64,000 nucleotides of DNA. It comes from Crocinitomicaceae bacterium. GTDB taxonomy: Bacteria > Bacteroidota > Bacteroidia > Flavobacteriales_D > Sanyastnellaceae. The stretch lies in assembly GCA_042095055.1 (NCBI GenBank), contig JBELBZ010000007.1, positions 20,673-84,672 of the forward strand. The letters are read 5' to 3'. Each line of letters begins with the position of its first letter. Positions within the stretch are counted from its first letter, which is position 1. Below are positions 56,946-64,000 of this stretch, one piece after another. Below the pieces are notes generated by a model. The model did not search any database. It saw only the letters and a program-made list of their open reading frames with translations, and had not been told where the DNA came from. A program made the translations under genes and the position numbers.

Positions 56946-57006
56946 AGGTTAATGAATGTACAACGGCACCCTGTTTTTGGTTGCTTCATGCCAAATAAAT
57001 CAGGGG

Positions 57007-58491
57007 TCATTTGTGTTCGCGTGTGCGCTTTTCTTGGCCAAGATGCAGCTGATTTAATGCAAAATCCCGCACTTGTTGCGCTGCACCGCGTGGGACGTAA
57101 TCAAAGCTCCGACCTCCTGCAGCTGTGTGAAATATCAGGTGGCCAATCTTGCGGCGTTCCAACAGGGCGTTGCGCTTCCATTCAACGCCTTGGAGCTGGC
57201 TCATCTTGAGCACGGTTCGGCTGCGCCAAAACCAGCCTTTTTCCATGACAACGCAGTCGGTATACACCTGCAATCGGTAGGATTCATACCTCCTCCCTGT
57301 GGTCCAAAAGACCACCACCAGCCAGGCAACAGCCAACACGAGGTGCCACAGGGTTGGATCAGTCAGCAACAAGAAAGCCGGGATGGATGCTCCAGCCAAC
57401 AGAAGCCAGCGCAGGCGGCGGGCAGGCTTCACATCAAAGACAGCTTGGGCTGGCTGTAAGTCAGGGTACAGCGCATCTTGCATGGCCGCCCTGTGAACAG
57501 GTTCCATGGCAGGTATGAATACCCTAAGGCCACCTGACCCCAAAGCCTGTGCTTGCCGAATGCGCACCGTTTCATATCCCAGCATCCTGCGGATCCAATT
57601 GCTCTTCCACTCGGTCATGTGGATTTTGTCAAAAGGGACATCGAAAGTATTGCGCCGGAGCAGGCCCATTTGAAGTTTCAGACCATCCTGCCCGAGGGTG
57701 CTGTTGAGTTTCCAATACCGCAACGCAGCAGAGCCCAAGCTGGTGAGTACCCCTACCATTCCCATGACCACAAGGCCGGGGATAAACAGCAATACCGAGG
57801 TCAATCCCACAACGGATATGATCCCTGTTGGAACGCCGTCCAGCCACTGTGCGACCTGTTCCTCCGCCCCCTGAAACAAGGACATGAACAAGGCCAGTCC
57901 CAAGAATGCGTTTTTGAAGTGGTTTTGGCTGAGGCCCACCTTGAGCAGACCGGTCAGGTTGAGCGAAACCAAGGGCTGTCCGCTGTCCTCATCACGTTCG
58001 GCATCAAACTCTGCTTGCTCTTCTTCCAACGGGGTGGCTTGAAGCATTTTGTCATTCAAGAACTTCTGGAGGATGGCGGCCTCAGACTTTCGAATGGCGA
58101 CCAACTCCAGTTCACTGCCACTGGAACCTGCAGTGTCGACTCGGACCCCCGTGAGTCCAAAAACCTGCTGGATCGGGCCTTGAAAGAGCTGTACGGCTTG
58201 GATGCGGTCAAAGGGGATTTGGAGACGCTCGCGTTGAAAAATGCCGCGCTCCACAATCAGTGCGTCCGAGGAAATGTAAAAATGAAAGCGCAAGTAATAC
58301 AGCAGCGCAAAGGCGCCAACGAGCACCAAGCCCGCAGGAATCACCAAGAAGTGGTACCACTGCAGTTCTCCAAATGAGGCGCCAATCAGAATGGGCCAAG
58401 ACGCTTGGACCGACTTCCATGTGAATTGGGCTCCGATGATCAACACCCCCAAGGGATGCTGCCGTTTGGGCACATCAAAGCTGGTGCTCAT
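57007..58491 (-). CDS. YdbT-like membrane protein with three bacterial PH (bPH_2) domains
   Basis: Repeated TM-hairpin + PH-like units (...YYLRFHFYISSDALIVERGIFQRERLQIPFDRIQAV...). 4-nt overlap with the upstream YdbS-like gene. Confidence 0.65.
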   Translation of the reverse strand: MSTSFDVPKRQHPLGVLIIGAQFTWKSVQASWPILIGASFGELQWYHFLVIPAGLVLVGAFALLYYLRFHFYISSDALIVERGIFQRERLQIPFDRIQAVQLFQGPIQQVFGLTGVRVDTAGSSGSELELVAIRKSEAAILQKFLNDKMLQATPLEEEQAEFDAERDEDSGQPLVSLNLTGLLKVGLSQNHFKNAFLGLALFMSLFQGAEEQVAQWLDGVPTGIISVVGLTSVLLFIPGLVVMGMVGVLTSLGSAALRYWKLNSTLGQDGLKLQMGLLRRNTFDVPFDKIHMTEWKSNWIRRMLGYETVRIRQAQALGSGGLRVFIPAMEPVHRAAMQDALYPDLQPAQAVFDVKPARRLRWLLLAGASIPAFLLLTDPTLWHLVLAVAWLVVVFWTTGRRYESYRLQVYTDCVVMEKGWFWRSRTVLKMSQLQGVEWKRNALLERRKIGHLIFHTAAGGRSFDYVPRGAAQQVRDFALNQLHLGQEKRTREHK

Positions 58492-59021
58492 CTCCGCGTT
58501 CGTGCTTCGATGACTGCCCTCAATGCCTGGGCGTCCTCGTCTTCTAAACCTGCAATGCGCAAGTTGCCACTCCCTCCCGCCGTGAACAGCTTGAGGTGAT
58601 TGAGGCCCAATTTCCTGGATACTGGACCTTGGCTCAATTCAGAATGTTGGATCATCCCGAAAGGGACCGTTGTGGTGGAGCGAAACAGCCATCCTGCGCG
58701 GTAGGTGATGTCCCGCTCCCGCACAGCATAACCCCTTCTCGGAAAACCCTTCCATTCTTCCAAGAACCACAGCAAGCCAAATGCTGCACCGGCACCCAGA
58801 GGCCAGTACCACCCGCTGAATTCAGCCATGTCTTGGTCACCCCCCACCTTGTACAAGAGGTACGGCGTCAAACAGGCACAGGAATACAAGAACTGAACGC
58901 TGCCCCATAGGGCCAGGCGCATGGCCCGGTATTTTTTGCTGACCTGGTGGAATTCAACATCCTCTATGCGAGGCAATGCAGAGAGGTCCAGTGCAGGGTT
59001 GGGTACGTTAGAAATCTCCAT
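58488..59021 (-). CDS. YdbS-like membrane protein with one bPH_2 domain
   Basis: ATG 59021 (MEISNVPNP...); TM hairpin, then RERDITYRAGWLFRSTTTVPFGMIQHSELSQGPVSRKLGL. Confidence 0.6.
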   Translation of the reverse strand: MEISNVPNPALDLSALPRIEDVEFHQVSKKYRAMRLALWGSVQFLYSCACLTPYLLYKVGGDQDMAEFSGWYWPLGAGAAFGLLWFLEEWKGFPRRGYAVRERDITYRAGWLFRSTTTVPFGMIQHSELSQGPVSRKLGLNHLKLFTAGGSGNLRIAGLEDEDAQALRAVIEARTRR

Positions 59022-59035
59022 GTTCGCGGTAGGAC

Positions 59036-60895
59036 TCACTCACCAGAGATGCGCTTTTCTACGGTGCCATCGGAGTATTGGAACAGGAGAAGAACACCTG
59101 GTTCGGGAAGAACTTCGCGCCCCAACACATCGGTGACACGGACCAATTGCCTGTGGCCAGATGGCGCCAACTCCCCTACCGACATGGGTTCGCTGCAAGC
59201 TTGGGTAAAGAATTGCCACGCCTCACGCGAAGCATCGATGTCTTGGTTGCCCCAGGCCCCGGGCCAGCTGTGCCCTCCGCCGTTGATCGTATACAGCCAC
59301 ACTTGCGGGCAAGCCCCTTCTAAACCCCACTTTTGGTAATCCACGGTGGACTCATCCCAGGTCACGATGTCTGGAAAGCTGCCGGATTCTTCCAAGGTCA
59401 ATCCAAACATGTCTACGAAGAAAGACATGGCGTCTGGTGTGCTGGGATAAGACCCCCACCCGTCTTCGTTTTTTAGGTCCCCCTCATAGAGGCTCACATC
59501 ATCGGAAGTGCCATGGATTTCGAGAATGGGCACCATGAACTCTGGAGCGCATTCAGATTGGATGTCCGACATCAGAATGCCTGCAATAGGCGCTACGGCA
59601 CGAAACTCTTCCGATGCCTCGCACGCCAACAAGTAACAGAAGTCTGCACCATTGGAGAACCCCGTTCCGAATACACGCTCTGCATCAAGCCCATAGGTCT
59701 CGATGAGTTCCCCTCTCAGTTCAGACACGAAGGCCACATCGTCGACATATTCATTCTGGTGGAAAGCGTACCCCACATTCCAAAAAGGCTCGCCCGATCC
59801 GTCCGTGGTGCCTTGAGGATAGCACACCGCAAAACCAAATTCGTCGGCGAGGTCATTGAACCTCGAATACTGCAAGATGCCCTCAGCATCGCCCGTGTAG
59901 CCATGGAATACAAAGACCAAAGGACAGTTCGCTGGAGCGTCCGAAGGCTGGTAGTAGTAGTATTCACGGAGGTCCTTGCCCGCTGAATACACCCCATAAT
60001 AAATGGCAGAGACCGAGACGGACTGTGTGTTGTTGAGGGTCTGGTCGTCGCTGCCTCCATTGACCGCTGTGATCTCTGCTGTCACGTTGTAGTTGCCGCT
60101 CCAATCAAAGGGCAAGACCCCGTTGATGGAGAAGCTGTGGGTTTCTGAGGAACCCAATGACACCCCATCGATGGTGGTCTCTCCTGATGCCCCCTCCATG
60201 CTCCATGCCACGGTATAGGAATACACCGTGTCGGTGCCGAGGTTGACCACCGTTCCTGCCAAGTCCTCAGTAGCGGGTGCCAGCACCACACTTTCGGATT
60301 CTAATCCTATCAAGGCCAGGTCCAAGCCGCTCGGTTCCAAAACCGTCACATCATCAATCGCCCATCCGTAGAGCCAACCTCCGCCGTCGTTGTAACGGAA
60401 CCCGAGGTGAACTTCTGTCTCTCCCAGCACCACGTCGAGGTCCATCACTTCAAAATCCCATGTCCCTTCGCTGCCTTCCAGGGTCTGCAAAACGGTCCAC
60501 GTAGCTCCTCCATCGAGGCTGTATTCGACCGTAGCTACCTCGTCATCGCCTTCGTAGGAGCCACCATCGTAGTAGCTCGAAAAAGCCAGGATGGCGCTCT
60601 CTACATCCGACAGGTCCAGCACTGGTGTAATGAGGTAATCCTCGCTTTTGTCACAGTCGCAGCCGTCGTCATTGGTGGCCATCATGTTGCCGTGCGGTGC
60701 AATGGGCCACCACTGGCTCTCCAGGTCTGTGCTCTCTCCGGGCAACCAACCTCCATCGGTAGCCAAGGTCTGCTGGGTCCAGCCGTCAGGCAAAACGCCC
60801 GCGTCAAAGTTCTCTTGCAGCAATGTTGTCTGCGCATACACAGAAGTGCTGCACAGGGCGAGGGCCACAAGGGCCAACCGAATCGTTTGGGTCAT
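59036..60895 (-). CDS. secreted esterase (PHB-depolymerase/feruloyl-esterase-like alpha/beta hydrolase) with N-terminal choice-of-anchor-J-like domain and short T9SS-like CTD
   Basis: Signal MTQTIRLALVALALCSTSVYAQ; LLQENFDAGVLPDGWTQ; PLVFVFHGYTGDA; nucleophile elbow GFSNGA. Confidence 0.55.
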   Translation of the reverse strand: MTQTIRLALVALALCSTSVYAQTTLLQENFDAGVLPDGWTQQTLATDGGWLPGESTDLESQWWPIAPHGNMMATNDDGCDCDKSEDYLITPVLDLSDVESAILAFSSYYDGGSYEGDDEVATVEYSLDGGATWTVLQTLEGSEGTWDFEVMDLDVVLGETEVHLGFRYNDGGGWLYGWAIDDVTVLEPSGLDLALIGLESESVVLAPATEDLAGTVVNLGTDTVYSYTVAWSMEGASGETTIDGVSLGSSETHSFSINGVLPFDWSGNYNVTAEITAVNGGSDDQTLNNTQSVSVSAIYYGVYSAGKDLREYYYYQPSDAPANCPLVFVFHGYTGDAEGILQYSRFNDLADEFGFAVCYPQGTTDGSGEPFWNVGYAFHQNEYVDDVAFVSELRGELIETYGLDAERVFGTGFSNGADFCYLLACEASEEFRAVAPIAGILMSDIQSECAPEFMVPILEIHGTSDDVSLYEGDLKNEDGWGSYPSTPDAMSFFVDMFGLTLEESGSFPDIVTWDESTVDYQKWGLEGACPQVWLYTINGGGHSWPGAWGNQDIDASREAWQFFTQACSEPMSVGELAPSGHRQLVRVTDVLGREVLPEPGVLLLFQYSDGTVEKRISGE

Positions 60896-60923
60896 GCCCC
60901 GAAGATATGGGGCAACGCCTCAC

Positions 60924-62774
60924 TCAATGGCGAACGGCAAAGCGTTGTGGTCCCAAGCCTTCTGCCTTCAAGACGTAGAAGCCCTCAGGAAGGGTGGCGA
61001 CATCTATAACTGCGCGCACATCAGTGGCCTTGAAACGGTCGACCACGCGCCCGCTGACATCCACAATGGCCACATTCATTCCCGCAACCAGCCCCTCAAT
61101 GTTCAACGCCTCGGACGCTGGATTCGGATAAATCCCAAGGGATTCAGAAGAGAGGTCGGATGACCCGCTGGTCGCGCTGCACGGTGCAGACAAGCGCCAA
61201 CGGTAGAAATAGTAGTGGTAATCAAGTGGCGAGTCTGTGGTATTTCCCGTGATGCTCATGCGGTTGGCCACAGCCAAAGGAAAGGTGCCCGCAGGAACAG
61301 CGTTGTTGCGGAACAAACCTTCATTGGTGCCATCGATGCCCATTTGGAATCCGGTGCCATTGGGGATTTCAACGCCAATTTCGAGGGTATTCCAACCAAA
61401 TGCGAGGGTGTAATTGTCCTCGAATACGGTCGCTCCCCCTGCGTCTCTGATGTAAAAGCCAATGGAGAAGTTGGTCAGTGCCAGCACCTCTACACTCTCC
61501 AGAACGGTGGGTTCAGATACGCTGAAGACCATGTCCCACATGTCATTTAAATGATAGCCACCTGCCCCCAGTTCGTCTGCAGAGAGTGGACCTCCCAATG
61601 CGGTTTCAGTGTTGGCATTGGGATCGAAGAATTCAGAGGCAGCATCGGTACAGCCCAAGATGGGCGCGATACATGACCCATCGCCCAGGCAAGCCGCTGG
61701 ATTGTAGTTCACAGCCGATTCTTGCATGCATCCCGCCACATAGCAACAAGAGCCATCATCGTCAATGGCTCCTTCAGTGTAATTGACCGCTTGTGGATCC
61801 GTGCAGCCGCAATCATCTGAGAGGGAAACACGCCACAAGTCTTGGTGATAGGTGTCGTTGGCACCCTCCAAACCCGAAGTCAAGTAGGCGTAGCACCCGA
61901 GGACAAAACTGCCTGGCGCCCAGCGCGCTCCCCCAGGGTGTGCTGCCAATTCCGTCCAGCTGTCTCCGTCGGGGTCATATTGCCAAAACTCGCCGTAGTC
62001 CAGCGGACCATGGTTGTCGCCGTCGCCACTCAGGATATAGCCATAGCCATCCTTGGCGAATTGCGTTCCAGCAACCCGGGCCTCTCCCGGAAAGTCTCCC
62101 AATGGGGTCCATTCATCGGCCACGGGGTCGTAGCGGTGAAAGTCCTTGTAAATGGTGAGGTTCCCATTTTCTGTGTTGCCGTGCCCAAATCCCACGTAAG
62201 CGGCTCCATCGATGCCGAAATAAAAAGGGTGGTGTCGGTTTCCACCTGTGAACGCGGCCCGTTGCTCCCAGGTGTCGCTGTCCACATCGTATGCCCACCA
62301 ATCTCCGAGGTTGCCACTGTCGTTGCTTCCGAGGCCCACCATGACCTTTCCTCCTGCCAGCACCATGGCCGGGTGATTCCTTCCTATTCCGGGGAAATCA
62401 GCAAGCGCGCTCCACGCACCCGTAGCCATGTTGAGGTGCCACCAGTCTGTAGGGTAGCCGCTGTTGTTGGAGCCAAAGCCCACGTAGGCATGGTCTCCTT
62501 CACACACGCCATATCCATAGCCCCTGCCACCACCCGGAAAGGCTTCCATTTCCTGCCAACTGTCGTTCGAAGGATCGTATCGAAAAACGTCGTCGAGGTT
62601 CAGCGCTGCGAAACCAGCCTGACCCGCGATGACATACCCGTAATCATCGTTGGCCACCGTAATCGGGTGATGACGGCCATTTCCACCAAAGCTGGACATG
62701 GCTTGCCACTCTGTTTGTGCGAGGGAAAACAATGGACTCAAAAAGGAAAGCAGCAGGAGAATGGCAAGTCTCAT
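60924..62774 (-). CDS. secreted Kelch-like beta-propeller protein with 2-3 Cys-rich modules and T9SS type-A CTD
   Basis: ATG 62774 (MRLAILLLLSFLSPLFSLAQ). Repeated blades with D.W......FPG.[GA]R; GCTDPQAVNYTEGAIDDDGSC. CTD LGIYPNPASEALNIEG...GFYVLKAEGLGPQRFAVRH. Confidence 0.65.
   Translation of the reverse strand: MRLAILLLLSFLSPLFSLAQTEWQAMSSFGGNGRHHPITVANDDYGYVIAGQAGFAALNLDDVFRYDPSNDSWQEMEAFPGGGRGYGYGVCEGDHAYVGFGSNNSGYPTDWWHLNMATGAWSALADFPGIGRNHPAMVLAGGKVMVGLGSNDSGNLGDWWAYDVDSDTWEQRAAFTGGNRHHPFYFGIDGAAYVGFGHGNTENGNLTIYKDFHRYDPVADEWTPLGDFPGEARVAGTQFAKDGYGYILSGDGDNHGPLDYGEFWQYDPDGDSWTELAAHPGGARWAPGSFVLGCYAYLTSGLEGANDTYHQDLWRVSLSDDCGCTDPQAVNYTEGAIDDDGSCCYVAGCMQESAVNYNPAACLGDGSCIAPILGCTDAASEFFDPNANTETALGGPLSADELGAGGYHLNDMWDMVFSVSEPTVLESVEVLALTNFSIGFYIRDAGGATVFEDNYTLAFGWNTLEIGVEIPNGTGFQMGIDGTNEGLFRNNAVPAGTFPLAVANRMSITGNTTDSPLDYHYYFYRWRLSAPCSATSGSSDLSSESLGIYPNPASEALNIEGLVAGMNVAIVDVSGRVVDRFKATDVRAVIDVATLPEGFYVLKAEGLGPQRFAVRH
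60927..61139 (-). other. T9SS type-A C-terminal sorting domain
   Basis: LGIYPNPASEALNIEGLVAGMNVAIVDVSGRVVDRF...LPEGFYVLKAEGLGPQRFAVRH. Confidence 0.8.
61608..61811 (-). repeat. 2-3 Cys-rich modules inside the Kelch-like T9SS protein
   Basis: CGCTDPQAVNYTEGAIDDDGSCCYVAGCMQESAVNYNPAACLGDGSCIAPILGCTDAASEFFDPNANTE. Confidence 0.7.
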
Positions 62775-62861
62775 GGAATTGATTTGGTGTGAATTCAACT
62801 CATAAACCCTCACAAATGGCATAAGGTTCGTTCGGCTTAGAATCTAATAGAATTGGGCAAT

Positions 62862-62885
62862 AAAAAAGCCGGCACAAGGCCGGCT
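62862..62885 (-). terminator. Rho-independent terminator of 62908..63228
   Basis: Minus sense has the AGCCGGC / GCCGGCT stem with a 5-nt loop, followed by a 6-U tract. Confidence 0.8.
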
Positions 62886-62907
62886 TTCTCATGGGTGAAA
62901 TGGTGGA

Positions 62908-63228
62908 TTACAATCCGTCAAACTCGATGTAGACAGAATCTCCACAGGCCACTGTAATCGAGGTGTCAAATGCAGTGCACAATGAGATGAAAGACAAGCC
63001 GAACTCCACATCGATGGTGCCGGCGTCGGTCTCAAAGCTGTTTTGAGCAAGGATGCCCATGTCAGCAGCCACTTCATCGCCAGCGATACTGACATCTGGG
63101 GTGCAGAGTGAGTTGTTGAAAATGGTAACAACGGCTTTGTTGCCCTCGTCACAAGCTTCGGTGTTGTCATCACAACCCGTGATGAGCACCAGCGCGGCCA
63201 TCAGGCCAAACAGGTTTTGGATTTTCAT
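62908..63228 (-). CDS. small hypothetical lipoprotein
   Basis: MKIQNLFGLMAALVLITGC lipobox; 6 further Cys. No family recognised. Confidence 0.5.
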   Translation of the reverse strand: MKIQNLFGLMAALVLITGCDDNTEACDEGNKAVVTIFNNSLCTPDVSIAGDEVAADMGILAQNSFETDAGTIDVEFGLSFISLCTAFDTSITVACGDSVYIEFDGL

Positions 63229-63378
63229 TCTGAATCGGTTTTGTGGCGCGAAAATACACGCCGTCGTGAGGACTCAAAATGAAATCATAGGGTTGCACAA
63301 CCGGCGAACAATATCTCTGCCCCTTTCAAGGTTGAATGTTCAGGATACCACCACACACCCAATAAAACCTACAACTGC

Positions 63379-64000
63379 ATGACCCGTCACCCTCTGATCA
63401 TCCCCTCCCTGGCTGCTGTTTTGGCCGTTTCCATCCTCGCTTCAGCCTATCTCGTGGCCCGCAACGGGAGTTATTTCTTCCGCAGCCAAGCGAGCGACAT
63501 TGCGGTTACCGGGTCGACCTCTATGGATTTCACCTCGGACCTCGCCGTTTGGCAGGGTCAGTTCACGCGAAAGGCCATGGATCTGAAAGAAGTTTATGCC
63601 CTCATGAAGCAAGACAAGGCGGTGGTGGAGCAATTCTTGAAGGAAAAGGGCATCGACCGGGATGCCTATGCCTTTTTGTCGATTGACATCATCCCACAGA
63701 ACAAAACGGTCAACCACTACAACGACGAAGGCGACCTGGTCGATCGGGAGTCTGTCTTCAATGGCTACCGGCTCAAGCGCGGTTTTAAGGTGACCTCAAC
63801 AGACATCGATTTGGTGGAGCGCCTCGCCAATGAGGTCACTGAGCTGATCGAGCAAGACGTGTACATCACCTCCTATCCACCCAAGTATTACTACACCCAA
63901 TTGGGCACGCTCAAGATTCAGATGATCGAAGCCGCCTCTCAAGACGGCCTGACGCGCGCCAACACTGCGGTATCAGGCGGAGGTGGTGAACTCGGTGACC
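63379..64000 (+). CDS. SIMPL-domain (DUF541) protein, N-terminal part; CDS runs off the right edge
   Basis: Not in the ORF track. Manual translation from ATG 63379 gives MTRHPLIIPSLAAVLAVSILASAYLVARNG...IAVTGSTSMDFTSDLAVWQGQF...IQMIEAASQDGLTRANTAVSGGGGELGD. It is open to position 64000. Confidence 0.55.
   Translation, partial: MTRHPLIIPSLAAVLAVSILASAYLVARNGSYFFRSQASDIAVTGSTSMDFTSDLAVWQGQFTRKAMDLKEVYALMKQDKAVVEQFLKEKGIDRDAYAFLSIDIIPQNKTVNHYNDEGDLVDRESVFNGYRLKRGFKVTSTDIDLVERLANEVTELIEQDVYITSYPPKYYYTQLGTLKIQMIEAASQDGLTRANTAVSGGGGELGD

Noticed and set aside
57553-58377. 274-aa plus-strand ORF
   Set aside because: It is antisense to the YdbT-like gene, with no motifs.
61842-62792. 316-aa plus-strand ORF
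   Set aside because: It is antisense to the Kelch-like gene, which has a signal peptide, repeated blades and a T9SS CTD.

Overview
The window reads as a chromosomal segment of a moderately GC-rich Bacteroidota (Flavobacteriia-like) genome. Supporting signs are the short sigma-70 RpoD starting [14 protein letters not shown], several T9SS type-A C-terminal domains, a TonB-receptor/DUF4249 pair, and TAnnTTTG-type -7 boxes. I call about 49 protein-coding genes. I found no rRNA, tRNA, CRISPR array, transposase or integrase. Housekeeping genes (rpoD, pnp, rpsO, accD, an Omp85/BamA-like gene, a TrmH-like methyltransferase, a DEAD-box helicase, thiolase, 3-hydroxyacyl-CoA dehydrogenase, YebC, DAHP synthase/chorismate mutase) alternate with accessory blocks rich in secreted proteins. 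The main observation is a recurrent C-terminal module of about 55 aa with four cysteines and two DxDGDG loops (dockerin/EF-hand-like). It ends seven otherwise unrelated secreted proteins and is never combined with the T9SS CTD carried by neighbouring secreted proteins. One paralog pair of heme-c/PHM-like copper monooxygenases differs essentially only in which of the two tails it carries. Two giant beta-helix proteins (982 and about 1518 aa) also carry long arrays of an unnamed Cys-rich module of about 25-30 aa (GCTDxxACNYDxxAxxDDGSC), interleaved with DxDxDG Ca-loop-like units. Secondary items are a SiaB/SiaC-like partner-switch pair beside a large ABCG-type exporter, an SSS transporter/GHMP kinase/nucleotidyltransferase salvage operon, a VTC/DUF4956/DUF2490 cluster, and a YdbS/YdbT pair. 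All functional calls rest on motif recognition by eye. No database search or computation was run.
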